Positions 53,398 to 64,000 of a stretch of DNA of 64,000 bases are shown here, one piece after another (position 1 is the first letter of the stretch; each line of letters begins with the position of its first letter). Where the stretch lies: contig NC_068986.1 in NCBI RefSeq assembly GCF_001194135.2, forward strand, positions 39,182,288-39,246,287, written 5' to 3'. This DNA comes from Octopus bimaculoides. Its lineage: Eukaryota. The translations under genes and the position numbers were made by a program. Below the pieces are notes generated by a model. That model ran no database searches, was not told where the DNA came from, and saw only the letters and a program-made list of their open reading frames with translations.

Positions 53398-54401
53398 TCC
53401 ATATTCCTGAGATGATTACAGTACAGTCCATAGTATCCATGGACATCGGGCAGATCATAGTTCATTTCTTCAGGTGATTTCGTACTAAGTTTGGAAGTAA
53501 TGAATTTATAAATGAAGGATGTTGATTAATTTTCACTAATCAAATGGTTGACTGGGGTATGTGGGCAGTTCTGTGAGTATTTGGTAGGGAGGAATAGAAG
53601 ATGATGGAAAGAAAGAATGGAATGGTAATGATAAAGGAGAGGGAGGAGTGTGTGGTGATATTGGCATTTTTGGCCTACAACTCACAAGGCATTGATTGGC
53701 CCAGGGCTATAGTAGAAGAGATGTTTGTCTAAGATGCTATGCAGCAGAACTGAACCTGAAACCATGTGATTGGGAAGCAAACCTTTTACACACCCAGCCA
53801 CACCTGTACCTATACACACATAGTTAAAAAAAACCCAAGAAACAAAATGGACATCCACTTGAATTACACTGTAATTTACATGCAAAAGGAAATTCAATTG
53901 TAAAACAACAAAATTTGTAGACTGTTCAGTGCATGTTAACACGGAAAGTAGATTAATTTTCTCTTTAATCCATTTTTACTTTTTATATATGCAAGACAGA
54001 ATTACTAAAGAAAAAGAGGTAACACTAATGGTGTTCAAATACCATACAGTCAGAGTAAATGCTCTGTAAGTGGAATTGGCTTGCCAATTTTGATTCCTAG
54101 TTAACTCAATTGCATTTTGAACACACTTTTTACTCCATACCCAATACCACTTTCCCTAATGCATCATTCAGTTTAATACCATCACCCAGTCCTTAGTTGC
54201 TTTTAGTAAAATTTGCTCTGTAGTAGGGATTTAGATGAAAATCTCTAGGTTCTCTCTCTATCTATATTTTTTTTGCAGGTATTGACCACAGGCCAGGAAT
54301 TGGGTGTAACAATTTCTTCTAATTCCCTCTCTATACATGCATGCATGTATGTATGTATATGTATGTATGTATGGATGGATGGATGGATGGATGGATGTAT
54401 A

Positions 54402-56014
54402 CAGCATCTCACAGAAGTATGTACACCCCTAAAAATTTTCAGTAAAATTGCCATTATTCTGATAATATCAAAGGAAATCAATTGAAATTACTGAATAAAA
54501 TATATTATACATGCAAACATTATACAAATTTGGAACACAAAACAATAAACATTTTCAAAGTTATGAACGAAATATTAATTTTCAAATGATTCAAAAATAT
54601 GTACACCGTAAAGGATTATTTGCTATATTCAATATTTGGTGTGACTACCCTTGCTTTCAATGACTGCATTAAGTCTCCTGGGCATAGAGTTGACTAAATT
54701 TCCACATATAACCAATGAAATCGATCTCCATTCATCCTGAATGATGTCTTTCAACTGTGTTACATTGTAGGGATTTTTCTCCCCAACATTCCTTTTCAAA
54801 ACACCCCACAGATGTTCTATTGGGTTTAAATCAGGTGACATGGTAGGCCAAGGCAATATCTTTACCTTTTTATCTGATAAAAACTTAGTTGTCATCTTTG
54901 AAGTGTGTTTAGGGTCATTATCATGCTGGAACAGGGAATGTCTTCCTCGTTCCTTGATGCTTTTCAAAATTGTTTTCTGCAATACGTCACAATAAAACCT
55001 TGAATCTATTGTTCTCTTAATAAATATGAGTCTTCCCACACCAGCCACACTCATGCATCCTAAAGCATAACACTTCCACCGCCGTGTTTCACAGTAGGTA
55101 TGGTGCATTTGTCGCTATTATCTTCACCTGGTCATTGCTATACTCATTTAATACCATGTGACCCAAACGAGTTGATTTTAGTCTCAGCAGAAAAAAGAAT
55201 TTTAGTCCAAAACTCCTTCCCCTTACTCACATAGATTTCAGCAAAAGAAAGACAACTTGATTTATGGCTAGTAGTGAGGAGAGGCTTCTCACGAGGAATG
55301 CATCCATGAAGACCACACTGATTCAAACTTCAGCAAACTGTTTGGGCAGATACACTCTTTCCCCTAACAGAAGACACTTCTTGGGCCAAAGATGAAGCGG
55401 TACGATGCCTGTCGTCCATCATGGATATGGCATATATCATGCGCAGTTAAAATAGAAAAATGACTAGGACAATGCTTATTGCTTAGCCGTCCAGTAGCTT
55501 TGTACTTCTGAATTACTTTGGCAACTGTGTTTATACAAATATGCATTTGTTTGCTTATTAACCACTCTTGTGTAAATTAAATTAATTTTTTTCAAATCTT
55601 CAGACAATTCTTTTCCTTTCCGTGCCATTTTAATCACAATGAAGATTGTCACCATGGTACACAAATCAGAATTCCTGCAGATGCAATAACAATGACCAGT
55701 GCAAAAATGTCAAGAGAAATAAGTTATTAGAATTGAAATTATCAGTAATATCTGAATTTAGTAAAAAAAGTGGATAAAATATTGAATATAGCAAATTTCC
55801 TTTAGGGTGTACATATTTTTGTAATGTTTGAACATTAATATTTCATTCATATCTTTGAAAATGCTTATTATTTTGTTTTCCAAATTTGTATAGTGTTTGC
55901 ATGTATAACATATTTTATTCAGTATAAATTTCATATGATTTCCTTTGATATTATCAAAGTAATGGCAATTTTACTGAAATATTTTAGGGGTGTACATACT
56001 TCTGTGAGATACTG
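54402..56014 (-). mobile_element. Full-length (1613 bp) Tc1-family DD34E transposon with IR/DR TIRs; transposase disrupted
   Basis: TIRs about 54402-54637 and 55777-56014 (cag(c/t)atctcacagaagtatgtacacccc); left TA at 54400-54401, right flank reads TG. Transposase from MARKGKELSEDL (55628) to GSHTKY* (54629), with FQHDNDPKH...SPDLNPIE spaced D-34-E. Confidence 0.95.
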
Positions 56015-57523
56015 TGTATATATAATGTAAAACATTATCAGTAACACATACATAGTGCATGTGTTTTGTTTATGTGACAATTTGCTGCAGGACTGTGTCC
56101 TGGGAAAGCTCCCTACACATTGCTGAATGTTAAAAAGTACTGAATGTCTCAGACCAGGTGAGGAAACTTGCCCCAAGGTGAGCAAGTATGATAGATATTG
56201 ATATTTCGCTATTATTGTGGCTCTTCACCACCATGTACTCAACATACATTGAAACAAAGTGAATCACTTGTCTGGGACATATATGCAAATAGTGAAGAAT
56301 CTATTTGCTGATGTGCTGTGGAGTAGCACATATGAAACAAAATTCAATTTTGAAATGAAGCAGCCCCCCCCCCTCACACTCTCTCTCTCTGTCTATATAT
56401 ATATATATATATATATACACGCATCTCTTTTACTTGTTTCAGTCATTTGACTGGGGCTATGCTGGAGTACCGCCTTAAAGGGTCTTAGTTGTAGAAATTG
56501 ACCCCAAGACTTCTTCTTTCTAAGCTTAGTACTTATTCAATCAATCTCTTTTGCCAAACCGCTAAGTTACAGGAGGATGTAANNNNNNNNNNNNNNNNNN
56601 NNNNNNNNNNNNNNNNNNNNNNNNNNNNNNNNNNNNNNNNNNNNNNNNNNNNNNNNNNNNNNNNNNNNNNNNNNNNNNNNNNNNNNNNAAAGATTTGGAT
56701 GGCCTGAGGCCATAGTTCCATATTTGCCCAAGGTGCCACACAGTAGGACTGAACTCAGAACCATGTGCTTGGAAAGCAAGCTACTTACCACACAGCCATG
56801 CTTGTGCCTACATACACATGTATGTAGGTGCAGATGTGGATGGGTGATAAAGAATCTTGCTCTTCTCATTGTTTGTTTACATCTGACGTCTTGGATATGA
56901 AACATCGTAACAAAAACCAGTGCTGGCAATAATTTCTGTAGAAAACCTTGGGCAGATGTCTTCTACTATAGTGCCAGGGTGACCAAAGCCTTGTGTTGGA
57001 TTTAGTAGACAGAAACTGAAAAAACCTTGATGCATGTATGATGTATGTGTGTGTGTGCATGTGTTTCTGTGTGTGTAAGCTTGTGTGTGTGCTTGTATGG
57101 ACCCTTATTTAGGCATTATGTGATGGTTAAGCATTACCATTACACAAGCAAGGTTGTTCATTTCTTGTCAGTCATGAAAAACATGTCTAACTGTATGAAA
57201 ATATAACATTGCTTGGAAACAGGTGAGAACTGATAATGGGAAGCACATCTAAATGTAGAAAATCTACCTCAACCAATTCCGTACTGAAAATTGAAACCAA
57301 TACAAAAATAGAAGAACAATGGGTATACATTTCTTTATAGTAGGTCTACTATTTTCATTAAGTTTAATTTTGTTGGTTTCATCAGAGAACTCTTTGTAAT
57401 TAATATTTCTTTTCAGAAACCATAATCAGTTTTCATAATCAAGACTTCTTAAGATGTCTTTAATATTCATTTTCTAAATTAGAACACAATATTAAAACCT
57501 AGAAATTTATGTATTAATCTTTC

Positions 57524-57593
57524 GGAACAAGTGATTTTACAACTAAATCCCATCTATTTTGGAACAAGTGATTTTACAACTAAATCCCATCTC
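57524..57593. repeat. 37-bp tandem duplication
   Basis: ggaacaagtgattttacaactaaatcccatct at 57524 and 57561. Confidence 0.9.
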
Positions 57594-57881
57594 TACCTCT
57601 ATTAACCCACTTATCTCTAATTTTACCAAGGTAAATTGAGGGTAATTAATATAATGACTGTAAGGCTCACAGTCAAGACATGATTCTGAGTTGCTTAGCA
57701 TCTTACTAGCCTCACTGACTATTCATGAAAAAAATTTGGCAGATACTAAACAAAAACACATCTGAAGTAATTTCCAAAATAATGACACTGCAACAAATTT
57801 TTCTGACAATCCAATGACAGAGCTTATTTGCAGTCGCTTGATTTGCTAGAAATAACAGCCAAATTTTCCTCAAATCACACC

Positions 57882-59103
57882 CATCGTCGTCGTCGTCGTT
57901 TAACGTCCGCTTTCCATGCTAGCATGGGTTGGACGATTTGACTGAGGACTGGTGAAACCAGATGGCTACACCAGGCTCCAATCTGATTTGGCAGAGTTTC
58001 TACAGCTGGATGCCCTTCCTAACGCCAACCACTCAGAGAGTGTAGTGGGTGCTTTTACGTGTCACCCGCACGAAGGCCAGTCAGGCGGTACTGGCAACGG
58101 CCACGCTCATCTCGCTCGAGAAACCTCATGTGTCACCCGCACAAGAGCCAGCCCAGGGGCACCGGCAACGGTCTCGCTCGAAAGAATTCATGTGTCGCCC
58201 GCACATGAGCCAGTCCAGGGGCACNNNNNNNNNNNNNNNNNNNNNNNNNNNNNNNNNNNNNNNNNNNNNNNNNNNNNNNNNNNNNNNNNNNNNNNNNNNN
58301 NNNNNNNNNNNNNNNNNNNNNNNNNNNNNNNNNNNNNNNNNNNNNNNNNNNNNNNNNNNNNNNNNNNNNNNNNNNNNNNNNNNNNNNNNNNNNNNNNNNN
58401 NNNNNNNNNNNNNNNNNNNNNNNNNNNNNNNNNNNNNNNNNNNNNNNNNNNNNNNNNNNNNNNNNNNNNNNNNNNNNNNNNNNNNNNNNNNNNNNNNNNN
58501 NNNNNNNNNNNNNNNNNNNNNNNNNNNNNNNNNNNNNNNNNNNNNNNNNNNNNNNNNNNNNNNNNNNNNNNNNNNNNNNNNNNNNNNNNNNNNNNNNNNN
58601 NNNNNNNNNNNNNNNNNNNNNNNNNNNNNNNNNNNNNNNNNNNNNNNNNNNNNNNNNNNNNNNNNNNNNNNNNNNNNNNNNNNNNNNNNNNNNNNNNNNN
58701 NNNNNNNNNNNNNNNNNNNNNNNNNNNNNNNNNNNNNNNNNNNNNNNNNNNNNNNNNNNNNNNNNNNNNNNNNNNNNNNNNNNNNNNNNNNNNNNNNNNN
58801 NNTTTCATGTGTCGCCCGCACATGAGCCAGTCCAGGGGCACTGGCAACGATCTCGCTCGAAAAACCTCATGTGTCACCCGCACAAGAGCCAGCCCAGGGG
58901 CACCGGCAACGATCTCGCTCGAAAAGCCTCATATGTCACCCGCACAAGAGCCAGCCCAGGGGCACCGGCAACGGTCTCGCTCGAAAGAATTCATGTGTCG
59001 CCCGCACATGAGCCAGTCCAGGGGCACTGGCAACGATCCCGCTCGAAAAATTTCATGTGTCGCCCGCACATGAGCCAGTCCAGGGGCACCGGCAATGATC
59101 CAG
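57882..59103 (-). mobile_element. Young RTE 3' end whose UTR unit is expanded into a 62-bp tandem array
   Basis: CpG-rich catcgtcgtcg tttaacgtccgctttccatgctagcatgggttggacg end; units start at 58126, 58188, (gap), 58805, 58867, 58929, 58991 and 59053. Confidence 0.88.
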
Positions 59104-59859
59104 ACATACACTGGGTAATGTGTTGGTAAGTGTACTGTGCCTGAGAAAAATATTGGCTGGCCATGGCTGGAACACAGTATTTTAAAAATATTTTGTTGCA
59201 ATTATTGAACCATGACATCATAGGTTGAGAGTTTCTAACAAACTTATCACTAGTTCACTGCAATGCTGATGGTGAGAGTAACTTGAGGCAGAACAAATAT
59301 CACAAAGAACTTTGTTAAACTACTCCTACTTTTTTTCTGTTATCTTGCTGTTACGTACATCCTTTATCAATATAAAACTAATAAATGAATGATAGGTAGA
59401 TAGATGGATGGATACATACATACATACATACAGCAGGGTTTTGCACATTTTCCCATTTACCAAATTTCACCAACAAGATAAAGGTTAACCTAAAGCTTTT
59501 GTAGTAAACATGAATGTGCATGGCCTAGTGGTTAAGGTGCTGCTCTCACAATCATAAGATCATAATTTAAATTTCTGGATTAAATGTTGTTCTTGAACAA
59601 AACACTTCATCTCATGTTACTCTGTGATCACTTCAACACATTTAGGCAACACCAATTCGATGGAGGGTGAGCTAATATACAGCACATACACACATTTAAT
59701 CTCTATAAAGAAATCATTTGCGAAGGTTGTTTAACAAGAAATTGCAGAATTGTCTTTCTTGGACTACAATCATAATAGTAAACACTTGTTCAAGATGTTT
59801 TCCAGTGGAATCAAACATGGAATGTTGTAGTTACAAAGCAAACTTTAATACGTGATTAA

Positions 59860-60086
59860 CACTTTTATTGCAGAAATCAGATATCTCTATTCAAAATTTC
59901 ATTACCCTCAACTGTGAAAAGTAGGTTTATTATACCAATTCATCTTTTGTTGAGGAATGTCATGTTTGAAATTATTTTTTGTTGAGTTATGTCAAGTTTA
60001 CTGCAGAAAACACCAATTCTAATTTTTGGTAGATTTTTAGCATTATTACTGAAATAACTGTATAATTTAATTTTGCAGTTAGAGGG
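59860..60086. mobile_element. Degenerate TTAA-flanked MITE, third family (227 bp)
   Basis: TTAA|cacttttattgcagaa ... ttttgcagttagaggg|TTAA. Confidence 0.6.
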
Positions 60087-60829
60087 TTAATGGCCATGCA
60101 TGTGCTGATAAATCTGTTTGGTCAGGACTGACCTACACAACAATTACACCTTTCTTATAAGAGAAAGCAATTATAAAAGTGTTAATGACAAGTCCATGAC
60201 TTAGACCTAATGATCAACTGTATTTCTGAGAGCCAATGTTTAGACACGAAACTGCCATTAACACAATGCAGAAATTTCTTTAAATGTGAGCAAGCTGTAA
60301 TCATTATTTACAATGTAAATATCTATCAGACACTTCTTCTTCCTTTATTTAAAAAAAACAAATTAGAAAATGAATTCATCTGAAATCAGGACAGACTTAT
60401 ACACTTGGTAAAATTCTCCCCAAAAGACACCTTTTCTAATTGAAATATATGTCACGTGTTTGAAGACCCAAATCTTTGAACGCATTCTGAATTTAGCTTA
60501 ATAGTGAGTTGTAATTAGATTTTAAAATAGATTTTAGCGACTAAAAGCATTTATCTTATTGTAGCATAATGTTATATTTGAACAATAAATGTCTCTGCTT
60601 TTAACAATCACTCTCATTTTTAAAAAACTTTTTCTTTTACTTGTTACAGTCATGGGAGTGTAGCTATGCAGGGACACCACCTTGAAAGATATAGTTAAAG
60701 AAATCGACCATGGTTCTAATTTGTTTTAAGTCTGTCACTTACTACTATATCCATCTCTTTTGCTGAACTGTGAAGTCATGAGTACACTACTGAACCAACA
60801 CTAGTTGCCAAGTAAAGAAAGCCAGTGTT

Positions 60830-62060
60830 GAAGGTTAGAAGTATGTGCACAGAATAAAGCACAAAAAAGATAGAAAAGTGAACATTAAAGGAGTCATAAA
60901 GAGGAAAGGGTGCATAAGCATATTATTAGTAGTGTTGGTGAATTTTGGGAAGCATTGAAGTTTTGAAAGGTGCAGTGTCCTGAAGCTAACAGCCAATGTA
61001 AGCACTTTATTCTATGCCTCAACAATTCCAGGTGTGAAAAAATGTCCCCAAAAGTCATGGGTGCTGCACTGTTTTGATTTTATATGCATCTTCACATGTG
61101 GTAGAGATACTGAATTGAAAAAGGTGACCAAAGTTGTTGTTGGAAGGACGGTGGATAATCTTGTGGGTTTCTAACAAGTCAGTAACTAGATGCTGAAACT
61201 TTGCCCAGAGAAGTAATACATTCAAAATATGGAAAGTGATTGACATAGGCATTTGTTTGACTGTATGTCTCTGTACAGCCCCCAGTAGATCGATATTCTG
61301 GACAAGATGGGGGTTCCTGATAGAAGATGCAAACTGTAAGTGTGGATGCACCATATCCATATACAGCTTTATCTACATAACTGGTGAATGACTGACAAAT
61401 GTCTTACTGAATGATGCTTAGATACCTTTGGCCTTTTTGGTGATTTTAGAAATGTAGTTTGTCCAACGTAGATCATTGTAGACAATAATTCATAGGTCAT
61501 GCTCACCAGCAGACTTCTTAAGGTTAGTGTTGTGGAGGGAGCAGGAAAGTTTCAGGATTTTCCTCCCAAAATACATAGTGGTGCACCTGTCTACAGACAT
61601 CTTAATTTGGTCGTCAGCAATCCATCGCTGCATTGTATTGTGCCCAGTCCAGATTGCAAGAAAAATCTATAATGTATAGTATCCATTCTTTTTACCTTGG
61701 GCACAACTTAAAATCATCTGCATATTTTAACACAGGAACATGCTTCAAGTTGGCATCTATTTCTTTAATGTATGAAATAAATAAGAGAGGACAAAAAACA
61801 AATCCCTGGCATTGCATAAGGTGCAGAAGGGTGTCCTAGTACTGTGAGTAACTCTTTTCAACTAAGTATGAAAGACTTCAACCAACTATAAAGATTAACC
61901 TTCATGTCTGTTTCAGAGAGCTTTGCCATAAGTCGTCTGTGTGACACAGAGTAGAAGGCTTTTGCAGAGTCAAGGTAGATAACATCCACCCACAAGCCAT
62001 CATCTATGGGTTGGTCATGGTAGCTGGAGTTAGGAATAAATTGTGAAGGTTGAATAAAGT
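60830..62060 (-). mobile_element. Degenerate CR1-clade LINE (RT and C-terminus)
   Basis: VDVIYLDSAKAFYSVSHRRLMAKL (about 61920-61992); QGFVFCPLLFISYI...KYADDFKL (about 61700-61812); VHPHLQFASSIRNPHL..IDLLGAVQR (ORF 61055..61360). Confidence 0.87.
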
Positions 62061-62260
62061 TATGAAAGTTACAAGGAAAAAAAGACTGATTACAAGATAA
62101 CCATAATGTTGTAGCGAAAGATTAAACTATAATAATTGAATTAAAAAATATGTGAAGATGGATTCTTAAATTCTATAAGAAATGAATTTTTAAAAAGATA
62201 TTTCATGTAAGTAAATTATGAAGCGAAAAGCTGTACCAAGCGAAAAAAAAAGTCACTTAC

Positions 62261-62292
62261 CAATAATGACGCCACTGTCACGTTTAGGACCA
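62261..62292 (-). CDS. CPNE8: Copine coding micro-exon (32 nt), end of C2A: (x)GPKRDSGVII(V)
   Basis: Minus strand reads aatttcag|TGGTCCTAAACGTGACAGTGGCGTCATTATTG|gtaagt. The phase-1 end joins the TT of the 31208 exon to give GTT (Val). The joined peptide GPKRDSGVIIVNAEEL matches the copine GIPGKKCGTIILTAEEL motif. The paralogue label is approximate. Confidence 0.85.
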
Positions 62293-63754
62293 CTGAAATT
62301 AATGAAATTAAGAATATAAAAACTAAATATAGCATCAAACCAATATTAATGGGAAAAGTATAGGAACACATATGCATGCATCATGCATGCATATACATAC
62401 ATACACACATACATACACACACACATGTATGAGAGAGAGAGAGAGAGAGAGAGAGATGCACACACACATACAGAGACACATTTACATATATATGCATGTA
62501 TGTATGTATGTAAGTATGTATATATATATATATATATATNNNNNNNNNNNNNNNNNNNNNNNNNNNNNNNNNNNNNNNNNNNNNNNNNNNNNNNNNNNNN
62601 NNNNNNNNNNNNNNNNNNNNNNNNNNNNNNNNNNNNNNNNNNNNNNNNNNNNNNNNNNNNNNNNNNNNNNNNNNNNNNNNNNNNNNNNNNNNNNNNNNNN
62701 NNNNNNNNNNNNNNNNNNNNNNNNNNNNNNNNNNNNNNNNNNNNNNNNNNNNNNNNNNNNNNNNNNNNNNNNNNNNNNNNNNNNNNNNNNNNNNNNNNNN
62801 NNNNNNNNNNNNNNNNNNNNNNNNNNNNNNNNNNNNNNNNNNNNNNNNNNNNNNNNNNNNNNNNNNNNNNNNNNNNNNNNNNNNNNNNNNNNNNNNNNNN
62901 NNNNNNNNNNNNNNNNNNNNNNNNNNNNNNNNNNNNNNNNNNNNNNNNNNNNNNNNNNNNNNNNNNNNNNNNNNNNNNNNNNNNNNNNNNNNNNNNNNNN
63001 NNNNNNNNNNNNNNNNNNNNNNNNNNNNNNNNNNNNNNNNNNNNNNNNNNNNNNNNGAAAAAGAGAAGTAAAACTGGAGGGAATTTCTAGATTAAAAAAA
63101 AGCATTAAATAAATCAGTACATATTTTTCTGTAAAGCAAGACATTCAACGTTTTAAATACATATATTTCATGTCCCAATACATGCAGTCCACCAATATCT
63201 GCAGCTATGTGTAATGTAAGTGAAATGACATGGCATGCTTTATTGACATCATATGGCAAAAAGACAAAATAATAAAATGAAAGAAAAAGTAAAGTAAAAT
63301 GTTGAAGAAGCGACAGAAAGTTTCACTGGTATGGAAATATAAAAATTTGAAGGGAAATTCCTCATTTTCTACTGATAAGTCTGATTGAAAATTAAATTGA
63401 ATTAAATCAAATTACATAAAATTTACTTTCTAGATCTTGGTCATTGATGGGAGAGGGGGAGACAACATAAATGATGACAGTATGGGAGATGATGATGGCA
63501 GTGATAGTAGTGAGACTAGTAGTAGCAGCAGCAGTAATAATAATAATAATAATAATCATAATAATGATTTCAAATTTTGGCACAAGGCCAGTAAAGTCAG
63601 GGAAAAGATAAATCAATTACATCAATCCCAGTACTCAAATGGAATTTATTTTATCAACCCCAGAAGGATGAAAGGTAAAGTTGACCTCAGCAGAATTTCA
63701 ACTCAGAATGTAAAGATGGTTGAAATGCTGCATAACATTTTGCCAGCTCACTGC

Positions 63755-63785
<31 letters not shown>

Positions 63786-63863
63786 ATAACAATAACAATA
63801 ACAATAATAATGATAATGATAACAATAACAATAATAATAATAATAATAATAATAATAACTAAT

Positions 63864-64000
63864 AATGAACTAGATAGGATACAACATACACAAATGAAAG
63901 AAAAAATAAAGAAAGAGTACTATAGACGAGTTAGATCAATACTAAAAATAGAGCTCAATGCTAAAAACAAGATAATGGGTATCAACACTTTAGCTGTCCC
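63864..64000 (+). mobile_element. R4/Dong-like RT-region fragment running off the window end
   Basis: NELDRIQHTQMKEKIKKEYYRRVRSILKIELNAKNKIMGINTLAVP begins right after a long (AAT/AAC)n run. Confidence 0.75.

Noticed and set aside
53420-53460. CTGAAGA on the minus strand as a third hammerhead family
   Set aside because: No stem II followed by GAAA could be identified.
57952-59073. 373-aa ORF and overlapping ORFs; possible CRISPR-like array
   Set aside because: Mostly N-gap plus read-through of a 62-bp tandem unit. There are no unique spacers or cas genes, and the context is eukaryotic.
63437-63862. Asn/Ser/Asp-rich 141-aa ORF (similar: 5383-5604, 24748-25077)
   Set aside because: Translation of (AAT)n tracts and a SINE.

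Overview
AT-rich, microsatellite-rich animal genomic DNA with six N-gaps. The SINE repertoire suggests an octopus (inference, not verified). The window lies inside one minus-strand gene, a copine (CPNE8/CPNE5-like, Ca2+-dependent C2 phospholipid-binding protein). I traced 8 consecutive GT-AG coding exons by hand (32, 29, 104, 105, 42, 76, 54, 62 nt; 504 nt). They splice in frame to ...[168 protein letters not shown]..., i.e. the end of C2A, all of C2B and the linker. The rest of C2A and the vWA domain were not found in the window. A 31,052-bp intron separates two micro-exons. The introns hold decayed mobile elements: several RTE lineages, CR1, R4/Dong-like fragments in (AAT)n repeats, a Penelope-like element with inverted pseudo-LTRs and hammerhead-ribozyme motifs, a full-length IR/DR Tc1, two mariner ends, piggyBac- and hAT-type MITEs, and at least four SINE-like families. 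Nearly all listed ORFs are TE fragments, microsatellite read-through or gap artefacts. All similarity calls were made by eye; no searches were run.
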